Source: Aplysia californica (taxonomy: Eukaryota). Taken from it: DNA of 64,000 nucleotides. The position numbers and the translations under genes were made by a program. The notes beneath the pieces were generated by a model that saw only the letters and a program-made list of their open reading frames with translations, ran no database searches and was not told the DNA's origin. The stretch spans positions 319,954-383,953 of the forward strand of contig NW_004797968.1 in assembly GCF_000002075.1 (NCBI RefSeq), in the 5' to 3' direction. This document shows positions 1-64,000 of the stretch, in pieces (the stretch's first letter is position 1; each line of letters begins with the position of its first letter).

Positions 1-60
<60 letters not shown>
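1..60. repeat. (AG)n microsatellite
   Basis: Perfect AG dinucleotide run. Confidence 0.97.
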
Positions 61-64
<4 letters not shown>

Positions 65-432
65 GTGGAGTTTGAAAGAGTAGAGAGTTGGAGAGGGACG
101 ATAAAAGTCTTCGGTAAACCTTAGTGTTGGAATGGTTAATGGTTAATTTAATGCCTGAATTTATTCCTGAAAGTACTTTTTTCTTTCTTTTCTCATTGGC
201 TGTTGTGAATGGCTGTGTCCGAAAAGTGTTTCATTGTTGCGCTTCTAAAGAGAGCAAAAGAGCGATTGAGACAGATGTAAAGGTACGAAAGAGACTAAGA
301 GAGATGGGAGGGGTGGGAAGGAGAAGGACTGGCAGGTAGATGGCCAGAGACAGACGGTTAACGAGTCCTGTCAGAAATGTCCTGATACAATATTAAGGAG
401 AACACAGTAAGCGATATAATGAGTCCATGAAG

Positions 433-2583
433 TCATTCCATTCTCCCTTCGGACATATGTGGAAGAACATCAGGCACACGTCGTTTGCCGGAACAGGCCA
501 GTGTCTTTGAAATATGAGCTGACCATCTGCTAACGACACACTCCGCCAGAAGAACCACCAGAGCAGCCCCGGCACTCACTGCACACCAGCTCAGCAGCCA
601 GAACAAACTCCGAATTTGAATGTCAAGCTTCTCAGCTTCACCCGTTGTGGTGTTACTGTTTCCCTTCATACTACGAAGTATTCCCGTCCATTTCTCATTA
701 ATTTCGAAGACAGTTCCACTTTCTATTAAGCCATGCACGTGTTCAGAGAACAAATTTCCAATCTCTGAATGTTTCGTTACAAGGAAACCTTGAGATGATC
801 CCAGCAGCCTGTCCTTGAGGTAAACTAGATGAGAGAGTAGGTCTGCATCACACATCTGCGCTAGTCTACGGGAGTCAATTATTGCGACAAAGTTGGATTC
901 TGTTTTAAGTAATGTTAAGACCTGCTCTTCAGTATTGCACACAGAATTCTCAGGGGATTTATAATACGGCATGCCTTTATAAAGACGGCTGGAGAGAGAA
1001 TTTTCACTGGCAGCCCTTATTGTGTTAACCAAAGACGTATAGTCCGCCGGCATACACCACTGATAGTCGCTTCTTTCCACTAACTCCTTCAACGATGTAA
1101 AAGGTGTCTCTTGTCTTGGCCCAAGCACTTCCGCCGTCAGGGATCCTTTGTAAACCGAGCTAATAATAAGCATAGTTATAGACCAAAACCACAATAAAAT
1201 TCGACCTGACATCACAGGAAACTCTAGCAAAACAGCTTGTTGGAAGACTGATCCAATTAGACCAAACACTGCATCCATTGCCGAAGAACTTCCAGACATG
1301 CCAGCAGTGGGCATACGCGATTTCAGTTTAATGGGTCTAATCGACACATTTTGTCCAGCTCTCAATTTTGGAATGCTTTTCGAATTAAAGAACCCTGCCC
1401 TTCTCACATCACCCAGGCGTGAAAACTCAGTCGATGAATCTTTCCTAATATTCTGTATGTTATACACATTTGGATAAAATCTCTGAAATAGGAGTATCCC
1501 TGCTAATATGCTTAGAAAAGCAATGAAAAGAACGATGATGACGTACGGGTGAAAAAGTCTGGTCAAGACGCAATCGAATATGTGATATTGGGGTCGATTG
1601 ACATACACACCAACAACCACGGTGTGTTTTGTAGGATAGACTACAGCATGATTAAAATGTCTCTGGGCGTGAAACTCCCAAAAAGGGATACTAAAGTCTA
1701 CTTGAGAACTTGCCACTGCATCAGAAACTTGGGACCACGTCAAATTCTCTGAATTTGGAAAATATGTCACGGTGAAATTGAGACTCTGAGACAAAGCTAC
1801 CATCTGGTCAACGGCAACACCACCATAGTCCACGTCATCAGAACCGGGCACGGGGATCTGTAACACGTCAGATTGCCACTCTTTAATAAGACAAAGCAAA
1901 GTCCTACCATTAAGATGGAATCTAGTGTTTGGAAAAAGAATGCAACACTTATTTTCCCAACCTTCGTGCCAGTTCTCTACTGTTTGCAGCTCCCGCCGTC
2001 GTCTTTGTCCACGCCACATCAACGTCATGACAGCAGAAACACGGTGGCTAGAACAATTATAATCACTTATCAAAAACATAACGTTATCGAACGGCATCTC
2101 ACACAGGCTGCGCTCTGCTTCGTCTCTGTCCTCCGGACTTACCACCACCAAAAACTTGGCTCTGTTCACGAACAGCGACCCTCTCATTCTTCGCCTGGCG
2201 ACGGCTGCTGCAGATTCAAGAACCTGTACAGAGTTGTGTCCCATAACCAGGAAGTTTGGAATGTGCAGTTCCCAGTAAGTTTTCTCTACAAGAAGTTCTA
2301 TACTCTCCGACTTCATATCGTCATATATATCAAACTGTGTAACCTGAACATGACTTAATAGCTCCTGCATTGATTCAGTGGTTAAAATTTCGTTTTCAAT
2401 ACTTCTCATAATCGCAAGCTTTTGCAGGCCGCATTCAGAACACGAGTGCTTTAAGAAAACGTCTGTTTTAATGAGAAGAAGCGAGGTGTTCATTACAGGA
2501 GTCCGAGCACTTGACGCCATTCCAGCACCAGAACAAAGAGACACCCAGAAAGCCATCGTGAAAATTTCAAAACAAAGAGTCAT
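433..2583 (-). CDS. Divergent ionotropic receptor (IR, variant iGluR family), single exon, ~716 aa from the first ATG
   Basis: ORF 433..2754 is open; first ATG at 2583 is followed by a signal-peptide-like segment (MTLCFEIFTMAFWVSLCSG). iGluR/IR order: S1 (FPNTRFHLNGRTL...LSQSLNFT...AQR), M1 (PYVIIVLFIAFLSILAGILLF), pore loop (VFGLIGSVFQQ), M3 (SGRILLWFWSITMLIISSVYKGSLTA), S2 (PFTSLKELV...GLIESG), M4 (SLFWLLSWCAVSAGAALVVLLAE). Confidence 0.88.
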   Translation of the reverse strand: MTLCFEIFTMAFWVSLCSGAGMASSARTPVMNTSLLLIKTDVFLKHSCSECGLQKLAIMRSIENEILTTESMQELLSHVQVTQFDIYDDMKSESIELLVEKTYWELHIPNFLVMGHNSVQVLESAAAVARRRMRGSLFVNRAKFLVVVSPEDRDEAERSLCEMPFDNVMFLISDYNCSSHRVSAVMTLMWRGQRRRRELQTVENWHEGWENKCCILFPNTRFHLNGRTLLCLIKEWQSDVLQIPVPGSDDVDYGGVAVDQMVALSQSLNFTVTYFPNSENLTWSQVSDAVASSQVDFSIPFWEFHAQRHFNHAVVYPTKHTVVVGVYVNRPQYHIFDCVLTRLFHPYVIIVLFIAFLSILAGILLFQRFYPNVYNIQNIRKDSSTEFSRLGDVRRAGFFNSKSIPKLRAGQNVSIRPIKLKSRMPTAGMSGSSSAMDAVFGLIGSVFQQAVLLEFPVMSGRILLWFWSITMLIISSVYKGSLTAEVLGPRQETPFTSLKELVERSDYQWCMPADYTSLVNTIRAASENSLSSRLYKGMPYYKSPENSVCNTEEQVLTLLKTESNFVAIIDSRRLAQMCDADLLSHLVYLKDRLLGSSQGFLVTKHSEIGNLFSEHVHGLIESGTVFEINEKWTGILRSMKGNSNTTTGEAEKLDIQIRSLFWLLSWCAVSAGAALVVLLAECVVSRWSAHISKTLACSGKRRVPDVLPHMSEGRME

Positions 2584-3140
2584 GATCTTGTGTATGGCAA
2601 CCTCTTCGAACCGTGAAATGAGCAATGGGACTTCGGGCTTTGCGAGATATAAACCTGTACTCAAAGGATGGAAAATAAAACACCAAACCGCCCTCTTTTG
2701 TGGACAGAGATTACTACAAATAGAGAACCGACGTTTAACTGAAACAGTAATCACACTCAGAAGAGGGCATGTGCTATTTTAAAAGGCCATTAGAAACTAA
2801 ACTCAAAAAGGTTTTTGTTTATGGTTTTTTTTATTTGATATAAATATAAGAAATCCAATGTGTACTCTGCAAATGGATTAGCAAATAACGGAGCTAATTC
2901 AACAGGGAACTTTTCGGGGGAGGGTGGTTACCTTTCTGTTATTGTGCCAAATGCATCCCTGGAGTTATTTACTATTAACAAATGAGATTTTGATATCCCG
3001 GTGCAAAGACATGGGTTTTGACCAACTTTAAACTAATCATGGCTGAAAAGATTACTGTTCGCATCAACGTTTCACAAAGGTAACAACTATGTATATTAAA
3101 AGCATAATTTCGCCCACTGGGGCAAACTCAAAGCCCTACG

Positions 3141-3178
<38 letters not shown>

Positions 3179-3533
3179 TTGGACGAGTGGAAGTGCCTCT
3201 GAGTATAATGACAAGGGAGCCGAAAAAGAGCCTCGCTCTCGCNNNNNNNNNNNNNNNNNNNNNNNNNNNNNNNNNNNNNNNNNNNNNNNNNNNNNNNNNN
3301 NNNNNNNNNNNNNNNNNNNNNNNNNNNNNNNNNNNNNNNNNNNNNNNNNNNNNNNNNNNNNNNNNNNNNNNNAAAGATCAGCGATCACGGTTCGCCATTC
3401 ATTCCTCTGCCCGAACATTTTTTTTAAAACGATAAATATCTAGATCTTTCCCCGTCATCCACCAGTTTAGAGTATCCGAGTAAGTTGCCTCTGCCTCGTC
3501 TGCCTTCTATTTTACCTGGGAAATCTGGACGCA

Positions 3534-3621
<88 letters not shown>

Positions 3622-3746
3622 TCGGGTAGGTTTGCTGAACACACANNNNNNNNNNNNNNNNNNNNNNNNNNNNNNNNNNNNNNNNNNNNNNNNNNNNNNN
3701 NNNNNNNNNNNNNNNNNNNNNNNNNNNNNNNNNNNNNNNNNNNNNC

Positions 3747-3813
<67 letters not shown>
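3141..3813. repeat. Microsatellite cluster: (CAT)n, (AG)n, (CAGA)n with N gaps and a small RTE-like remnant
   Basis: (atc)n 3141-3178, (ag)n ~3535-3612, (caga)n 3746-3813; the minus strand near 3450-3525 translates GKIEGRRGRG, resembling an RTE ORF2 C-terminus. Confidence 0.85.
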
Positions 3814-4449
3814 ACGAAAAATGTTATTCTATCTATAGGACAAAAGGCCTACGGAACGAATGTTTTGCTCTGCCTGTAGCCTGTCAAGTTATAGTTCTTT
3901 TGTGACTGAAGATTTTATTGCATGCTACATATTTTTAGTGCACGTATTGCCAGGCTCACCTGGTGACTAATTTCCTCATTGTTTTTTTTCATTAACATAT
4001 ACATCTGTTTTACATACACACATGTCCATTTATTTTTAAAGTGCGATATCTGTGTGAATGTAATGCACATTGAGCATTTTTTTTAGAAAATGGAAATTCG
4101 CAGCATAATTAATGCAGTTAATTATTTTCATTTGTATTATTACGATTGTCATTGTCGTTGTCATCATCATCATCACCATTATCATTATTTACTTTGATGT
4201 TCAAGGTCCTTATCATTCCTTATGTTGATTCAGTCTAGGTTTTGTTTTGCAACCAGTAGCTGGAAGACGATCGGGGACGACCTACGGTACTGCCCGTGCC
4301 CCCTCCCCCTTTTTTTCCTCAAAGAAAAACTTGATTGGAGGACAGAGGTTGAATTTAAGTATAGCAATGTATTGAAAATGCTGACACAACCAACTCAAAG
4401 AAGAAACTACACAAAAATACATGTTGGAGCCGGAAACTCTGAGAAAAAG

Positions 4450-4948
4450 TGGTAAATGTCTTACGGCGCTTGCAACTCCATACGGTCCTATAAGCAAGCG
4501 GGACACAATAACAGTTTGGTAGGGATTTTGAATTTTGCTCAGGTGGAGGCCAAAGCCTACTTTTATCGATTTTGGACCAACAAGAGATCTTTAACGTGCG
4601 CAACTTGCACACGGGCCCTCTAAGATTTGTTGCCCGTATCTGAGAAGGCTAGGCGTAAGATCTTACCTACTATAAGATCAAGGGTGTGGCTGAAGGACAG
4701 TAGTAAGAAGGAGCCAAAGAGTAGCAGTAGAAAGGCTGCAGAAAGACTCAGGAGTCCAGAGGAGGGGGCAAAGGGGAGGGCGCAGAAAGTGGAGGCGAAA
4801 GCAGAGAACAACATGGTTAGACAGCAGGAAAGGATGTGAAAGGGGAATATTTTAGAGAAGAAAATGTTCCATCGCTCTCAGGTTTCGAAATTAGAAACTA
4901 TTGAATGAGAGGCGAACACCATAACCTCCAGACCACAAGAGCCCCCTG
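4450..4948 (-). mobile_element. tRNA-derived SINE, family A copy 1 (Meta/MESC-like central motif)
   Basis: Colinear with the copies at 14005-14512 and 40730-41530; tRNA-like head, GCACGTTAAAGATC motif, tail GACCgTATGgAGTTGCaAGCGCCGTAA. Confidence 0.8.
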
Positions 4949-6390
4949 TNNNNNNNNNNNNNNNNNNNNNNNNNNNNNNNNNNNNNNNNNNNNNNNNNNN
5001 NNNNNNNNNNNNNNNNNNNNNNNNNNNNNNNNNNNNNNNNNNNNNNNNNCCCCCCCCCCATCAATCCAATAGTCTGAAAAGCTCAAACGTCCCTTAGGGA
5101 ACTGACAAGGAAGGTAAACAGAAAGAACTGGCTGGCTGAGGGATTACAGCGAAGTCAAGGTATATTTTCTTCTAAAAACAACACCAGGCCAAAATTCATC
5201 ATCTTTTATGTCCACTTAAAAGCACATTTATGTTTGGATTTTACAAGAAAATAGATCAAAGACACAAAATTGGTAATTTGCTGTTTCCAACAAAAATTAA
5301 GCTTATGAAGCCACCAAACATTGGCCGCTCTTTTTGCACTAATTTTACCCAGGTGACACACATCTTCAATTGCAAATATCTTAACTTCTATTCAAGACAA
5401 ATGAACAAGCGTTAAGATTATTCTAGTAACTCCAAAAGCTAAAAAAACTGATTAGCACTGAGTCATGACATAATTTTCTTTTCCTTGAAATGTCTCCCAA
5501 GACATAATTCTAATGATTTAGAATACAAGCTGCTTCGACCTTGGCCATCAAAGCCACCCAATTCACATGAGGAGGAGGTACTACATAAAAATAACTTACA
5601 AAGACAAGATTCTTATAGAATCATGAATAATTACATAAACTGACACAAAAAGACAGCAGCATTTTTCTGCAAAAGGACTGTATTTGAAGTTCTTTCATCA
5701 TTGTAACAAAAATCAATCAATATCACAGAATATGTACAGCAGTGTTCTCCAACAATGAAAATAATTAATCATGACATTGAGCCTCTGTACCATCTATTCC
5801 ACAAGCCATGCGTAAATCAAGAGAGGAAACACAGACAACATCTTTCAATCTTTCCCTAACATTGTATTAAAAGCAATGACTGTCCCTTTTCCAGTTTCAG
5901 TTGTGAACATAGTTGTATGACAATCAACAAACTTTTCAGGAAATTGAAATTCCGATCAGTCAGAGCCTTTTGACAAACAATATAATAATGACAAGCCTAC
6001 AAACAGCAACATTTCAGGACAAAAATATGGGATAGGATTTATTTCAGGGTCAACAGATGCACTTTAAAAATGTATGAAATTTTAAAAACGTTTCGACACA
6101 CAATAACTATTACAGATAGTGCTAAAGTCTCACTGCAATTTTTTTTCAATTTTAATTCAATTTTTTCTTTTCTTTCATGTAAAAAACATACATTCCGTTC
6201 CCAATTCAGATGGACCAAGAAGTCAGTATTAGGAGACAGATCCAAGTCAGACATACTGGAAAAGCCATAAAAAGAAATTCTGGCTCTGGAATCAAGCGAA
6301 CACCTCTACATGAAAGAGAGAGAGTATTATCACATTGCCTCACACACCACTTCTATTATACCAGGGACCTGATATTGCATGTCAATAGTA

Positions 6391-7322
6391 CAGTAGCCTC
6401 CTCCTTAGATCTCGGAGCGAGATCTTAGGCGAACGGAATCTTGGCTGACAAAAGGAAGAATCTACGGTGACCAATGTTCAGGCACACAACCGGTAAAGTG
6501 GTCTCCCTTCACTCTAATATGAACCGACGTGACCCCTGGGTGGGTTTATGACTTATGGCTAGCAAAAAACGATCAACCTTGATGACCAATCACAGTGGAT
6601 TGAGGCATGACATTTTCACCTATTATCCTATCGTGAGTCTCAATATCTACATTTATCCAGTTGCCCCATCCCTTTACCTGTCTAAACTTTACAGCTTTCC
6701 ATCTCTGACCAAGTTCCCCCAGCATTTGTCGTTACCCACCATTAAGTTGTGACCACACCAGGGCCTACTGTAGAACACACCAATTAAACTTCAATCCATC
6801 TTGCAAATTCTAGAGAAGAGACAACTGCAGCAATGGTTGGGGAAAGAGTTCACAGTTCGATGTGATCCCGCTAGGAGTGAACTTGTAGGCTTCACCTTAC
6901 CCACCCAGCATGTGATGTAAGATTCAGTGGAGAGCCCAGATGCGAGTGCAATGTCTGGAGAAAACAAACGTATCGGCGAGTTCACAGCTCGGTGTGTTCC
7001 CATCTAGGGCAAACAATGTACCGTTTCATCGTGACTTACAACGCATATGTGATCACATTTACGAGGGTGATTGATCTGTGAAGCAACGGGTAGTTCAATG
7101 ATCGCAAATTTTCACTCTTGGTTGATCAGCTGTGTCCACCCGCTTTTTTCACGTAAATTTTTACCTGAAATGCGGGACCTTAGCCAAATGTAGACCTTCA
7201 GAGTGAATCAGAAAAGGATCTTAAGGGTGACATTTGTATAGTAAAAATTCTGTTTTCTTAAAACAGCGGGACCTTAAGCAAACTGGGATCGTAAGCGATG
7301 GGATCTTAGGCCAAGACTACAG
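6391..7322. mobile_element. Tigger/pogo-like non-autonomous DNA element
   Basis: TA-flanked ends CAGTAGCCT... / ...AGACTACAG (imperfect inverted repeat), with repeated GGATCTTA-like subterminal motifs. Confidence 0.5.
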
Positions 7323-8032
7323 TATTTTCAATAAATTTTCAAACTCCACCTTCAACTTTCTCACCTTACTTATACAGTTATCACATGCTTCTAACATAGA
7401 ATTTCAAGGCTCTTGCTAAAAGTTGAAAGAACATAAAGAGGACAAGTGGAGGTACTGAAAGAAAATCACCAAAATGAAACTAAAACATTTTGTCATGACT
7501 AAATGAAAGCAAAGACTCATGGGAATTCACATCTGTCTAAAAGTAAAAAAAGAAAGCAAATTGTGAAAATGAGTCCAAACTTTTCTTAGTAACAAAATAA
7601 ATGTTTTAAATAAAGACAAATTCTCTTTAACCATGGAAATAATTGACACTCACTCATATTTTCAAGAGACAAAAGGTCTTCACTGCTGCTCTTCCACAAC
7701 CAAACAACTCACTCTGATTGGTTTTTCTTCAATAAGGCAACAAAAAAACCTCATCAAACTATAATAACATATGTCCATTTCAATCTTTGGTGAAATGTTT
7801 TCCATTACAAAACATTAAGAAACTGATATGACACAAGCCACAGATATTTCAAGCTAGATTTACCAGTCGTGCCAACTTCAAAACTAGTGCACACAATAAT
7901 CAAAATGAAACATCATCCAAAGCTGACCAACTTGTACTATTTCTTCCTACTTCGTTTCTTATAAACTGTACATACATATATTAAGGTGTGAGTTATCCAA
8001 CACAGGTACCCAAATACATGAATGCACATTAA

Positions 8033-9059
8033 CTCATTCGCTACGTACTATTTTTGGCTTGTGGACAATTTTTTTTCGGGAGAGTACTTATAATAGTGCT
8101 CAGTTCAAAGGTCTTTGGGACCCCAAATTAAAATACATATCAACATACTAATATTATATATCAACATTCTCAGTATGGTTTGTCGAATACATCAGTAATA
8201 TTTATTTGGGTATTTTTCAACTTTGGTTCCTGTAAGAGGCGATTATGTAACACAATTTTGATGGGATGCGGATAAAATTTGAATATAAAAAATTAATAAT
8301 CTTTGGTGAAACTCAAAAAAATATGTTTGCACCAAGTCAAATGACAAACTAAAATAACCATAAATGAATATAGAACTGGAAAATATTGAAAAAATTTGCA
8401 GGTATTTACATACACTCCATAATATTTGTACATTTGGATCATAAAATCCAATATTGAAAAAAAAAACAATTTTCATAATCTTGAAAAAAAGGATCACAAA
8501 TAGAAAAAAAGCACTCGTATCTTATATGGAATTATTCAGAATTGCATTTGGAATAAACCTATACATGTCTTGAGTGGCACTTTTTGTGTAATTTCACCAA
8601 AAAGTAGTGATTTTGGTGAGAAAAAAATATTTCGACAATTTAGATCTAGCACTCAAAAATATTGATTTCTCAATAACAGTGCATGGGTAATTTGAGTCCA
8701 TTATAGTATCAATATTATAAAGAAGAGTCCCACATTTCTTTAGTGAGCAAAATAATGACACATTTTGTTAAGTAAAAGTACTAAGGCCGGTGTCTGGGCT
8801 ATAATTTTGGCATCGCGATAAAACAAAGTTGCATAAACTACGAAATCACATTTCAAAACTGAATCTAAACTTCCGATTTTCGGTGCAAACGCTTGACCCG
8901 GAAGTCTGTGTATTATAACCTTTTTATCAACATGGATACATGGACTGGAATAAAATCTAAGCTAGAATTATAGGTCGGTTTTCGAGCTGTCGGGGGCGGC
9001 TTGGCGTGCAGAAAACACTTTCGCTGCGCCGCTGCCCACGGCTCGGCGTAGCGAATGAG
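8033..9059. mobile_element. piggyBac-like non-autonomous element
   Basis: 13-bp TIR CTCATTCGCTACG / CGTAGCGAATGAG; TTAA on the left (8029-8032), ATAA on the right. Confidence 0.7.
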
Positions 9060-10876
9060 ATAAACTCTTGCCCAATTCAAAGAATAAATCAAATGCACAA
9101 TTTGTTTTTTAAAAACGAATTTTTTTTTCATCAATGAGATTTCAAGAGAGCATTCAGGGCTTCTAACTTTAAGTATACCTCAAATATTCAGTTTCAAATC
9201 AGACTTTCAAGAGAGACCTCAAGACTGCAGTTGCATCATGTGAGGTTCCCGTACAATCAACTACTCAATTCCACCAACAGATACAGGTCAGAGAATGCTC
9301 AATCTGGGCTAATTCAGACAAATTACATCAAAGCCTCAGTCATACCAGCCACAGCATTAGTAGGTCCCCATGATCACATGATGCAACCTAACAGTCAAAA
9401 ATTACTCCAGAATATTTATATTCACCAAGGCTAACTGTTCATGAAGGTATATGGATGTCAGAAGGCATCGCTGTAGTGTTAAAACTAACACTTTCAGTCA
9501 CTTTCACATGAAAAAGTCACACTTTCTGCATTTCCAAAATCACCCACCTGCACTCACAGATATACAACCAGATAGACTGGGACAAATAAAAACCCAGACC
9601 TGAGCAAAATTGTAAAAAGGCTCTTACTTTGGATCTCAGCAGCCTCTGAAGAAAAGAGCAAATTATGAAAACTTTAGTTCTCAGTGTCAAACACAGAGAA
9701 ACAATATGTGAAACAATGGCACAACAATCAAATGTCATAAACGTGGATACTATGCCTGAAATAAGAAAGGAAACTGAATTTTAGTGGTAATAAGGGTTTA
9801 TCATCTTTTTCATACCATTTTGTTTCAAAAACGCATGAGGTTCAAACTTGACGCTTTGCACCTTTTATGTTACACTTAGTAGAGTTGTTACTATACCCAC
9901 CTTCCTCCGAGAATATTCAAAGAGCTAAATTGACGACACAAACTTATTAAGACCATGTATCCATCTCTATAAAAAAAATGATTATTTGCATACAGCTTTG
10001 GTTATAAACAATTACTTCATCTGAAGTCGAATTTTGTTGGATCAGGTGCATTTTATGCAAAAGCTTTAATTGAAACAATCGATGCATTCAGTAATTTTCT
10101 GCCATTCCATAGAGATCAAGAGAAGGTTTCATTTTTATTTGTTATGGACTATAATAAATTGATTTGCCAACATTGTTAAGGCTAAATGTATTGTTTCATG
10201 CACAATTTTTCTTGAAAAAGATTTTTATAACAGATTAGAAGTGTTTGTCGCTAATCTTAAGAAAAAAATTATGGAAAAACTGATAAAGTTCTACATCAAA
10301 ATAATTCTTTGAGAAAAAACTAGGTCCATAATGGGCAGCTGGGTTCATGATTCCTTATGGATAACTTCTTGTGTGAGTTGGCCCAATCTTATTTCAGTTT
10401 CAGCCTTTGTCCTATTTATTGTAAAAATATAAGACAACTTCTTTTATCATTGTGTTTGTGGGGTTTCTCTTGTTAAAGTGTCAAACATTAGCAGGATTGC
10501 ATGCAGATTAAATTTCTATACATCTATACTCCAAGCAAAAAAATAAGTTCTCAATCTAAAATTCAAAACCACTCCAGCTATGTTCTATCAACAGAAAAGC
10601 ACCCCACTAATCAAGGCCTTTTTAAAGGACATATTTATAACATTTGCTACATGGCTTTTATACTCTTATATAGACCCTAGGTATACATATCAAACAAAAA
10701 ATGGCAGGGCACTACATCTAGTAAGTTCTAATCAAAGCATTAACAACCAGTTCAACAGTAAAGAAGAACATCCTGGACTTATTGCTGTTGTTGAAGGGTA
10801 TCATCTTGGCTCCAAACAGAAATCAAAAGTCCACGACTAACAGCTCCAACATTTTGGTGTCTCAGTATGGAAGTCC

Positions 10877-64000
<53,124 letters not shown>

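Noticed and set aside
2584-2754. 57-codon N-terminal extension of the IR ORF in the track
   Set aside because: It starts at GTG, not ATG; the first ATG at 2583 is followed by a signal-peptide-like segment. An upstream exon cannot be excluded.
1549-2782. Plus-strand ORFs of 67, 161 and 134 aa overlapping the IR
   Set aside because: Antisense shadows of a real coding sequence with no recognisable motifs.
5100-10876. HERC4 3' UTR and polyadenylation site
   Set aside because: Several AATAAA candidates occur on the minus strand in AT-rich sequence; none can be chosen without transcript data.

Overview
Eukaryotic (animal) genomic DNA, AT-rich, with microsatellites and N gaps. The gene and repeat content suggests an invertebrate, plausibly a mollusc (inference). 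There are two host genes, both on the minus strand. (1) An intronless divergent ionotropic receptor (IR/variant iGluR) at 433-2583. (2) The 3' part of a HERC3/4-type E3 ubiquitin ligase (RCC1 repeats plus HECT): I reconstructed 26 GT-AG exons by hand from 64000 down to the stop at 10877, all phase-compatible, giving about 887 codons; the 5' end lies beyond the window. The introns and flanks are packed with decayed transposable elements. These include a structurally complete DIRS1-type tyrosine-recombinase retroelement (ITRs, ICR, gag/RT/RNase H/methyltransferase/YR), three different Sola1-like DNA transposons each with an AWWT target duplication, piggyBac-, mariner- and Tigger-like elements, RNase H-bearing I-group LINEs, Rex-Babar and RTE fragments, and tRNA-derived SINEs, with one four-level nested insertion. 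I found no clearly new biological system. The best leads are the DIRS element, whose terminal splice donor faces a HERC exon, the Sola1 cluster, the SINE/LINE shared tail and the divergent IR.
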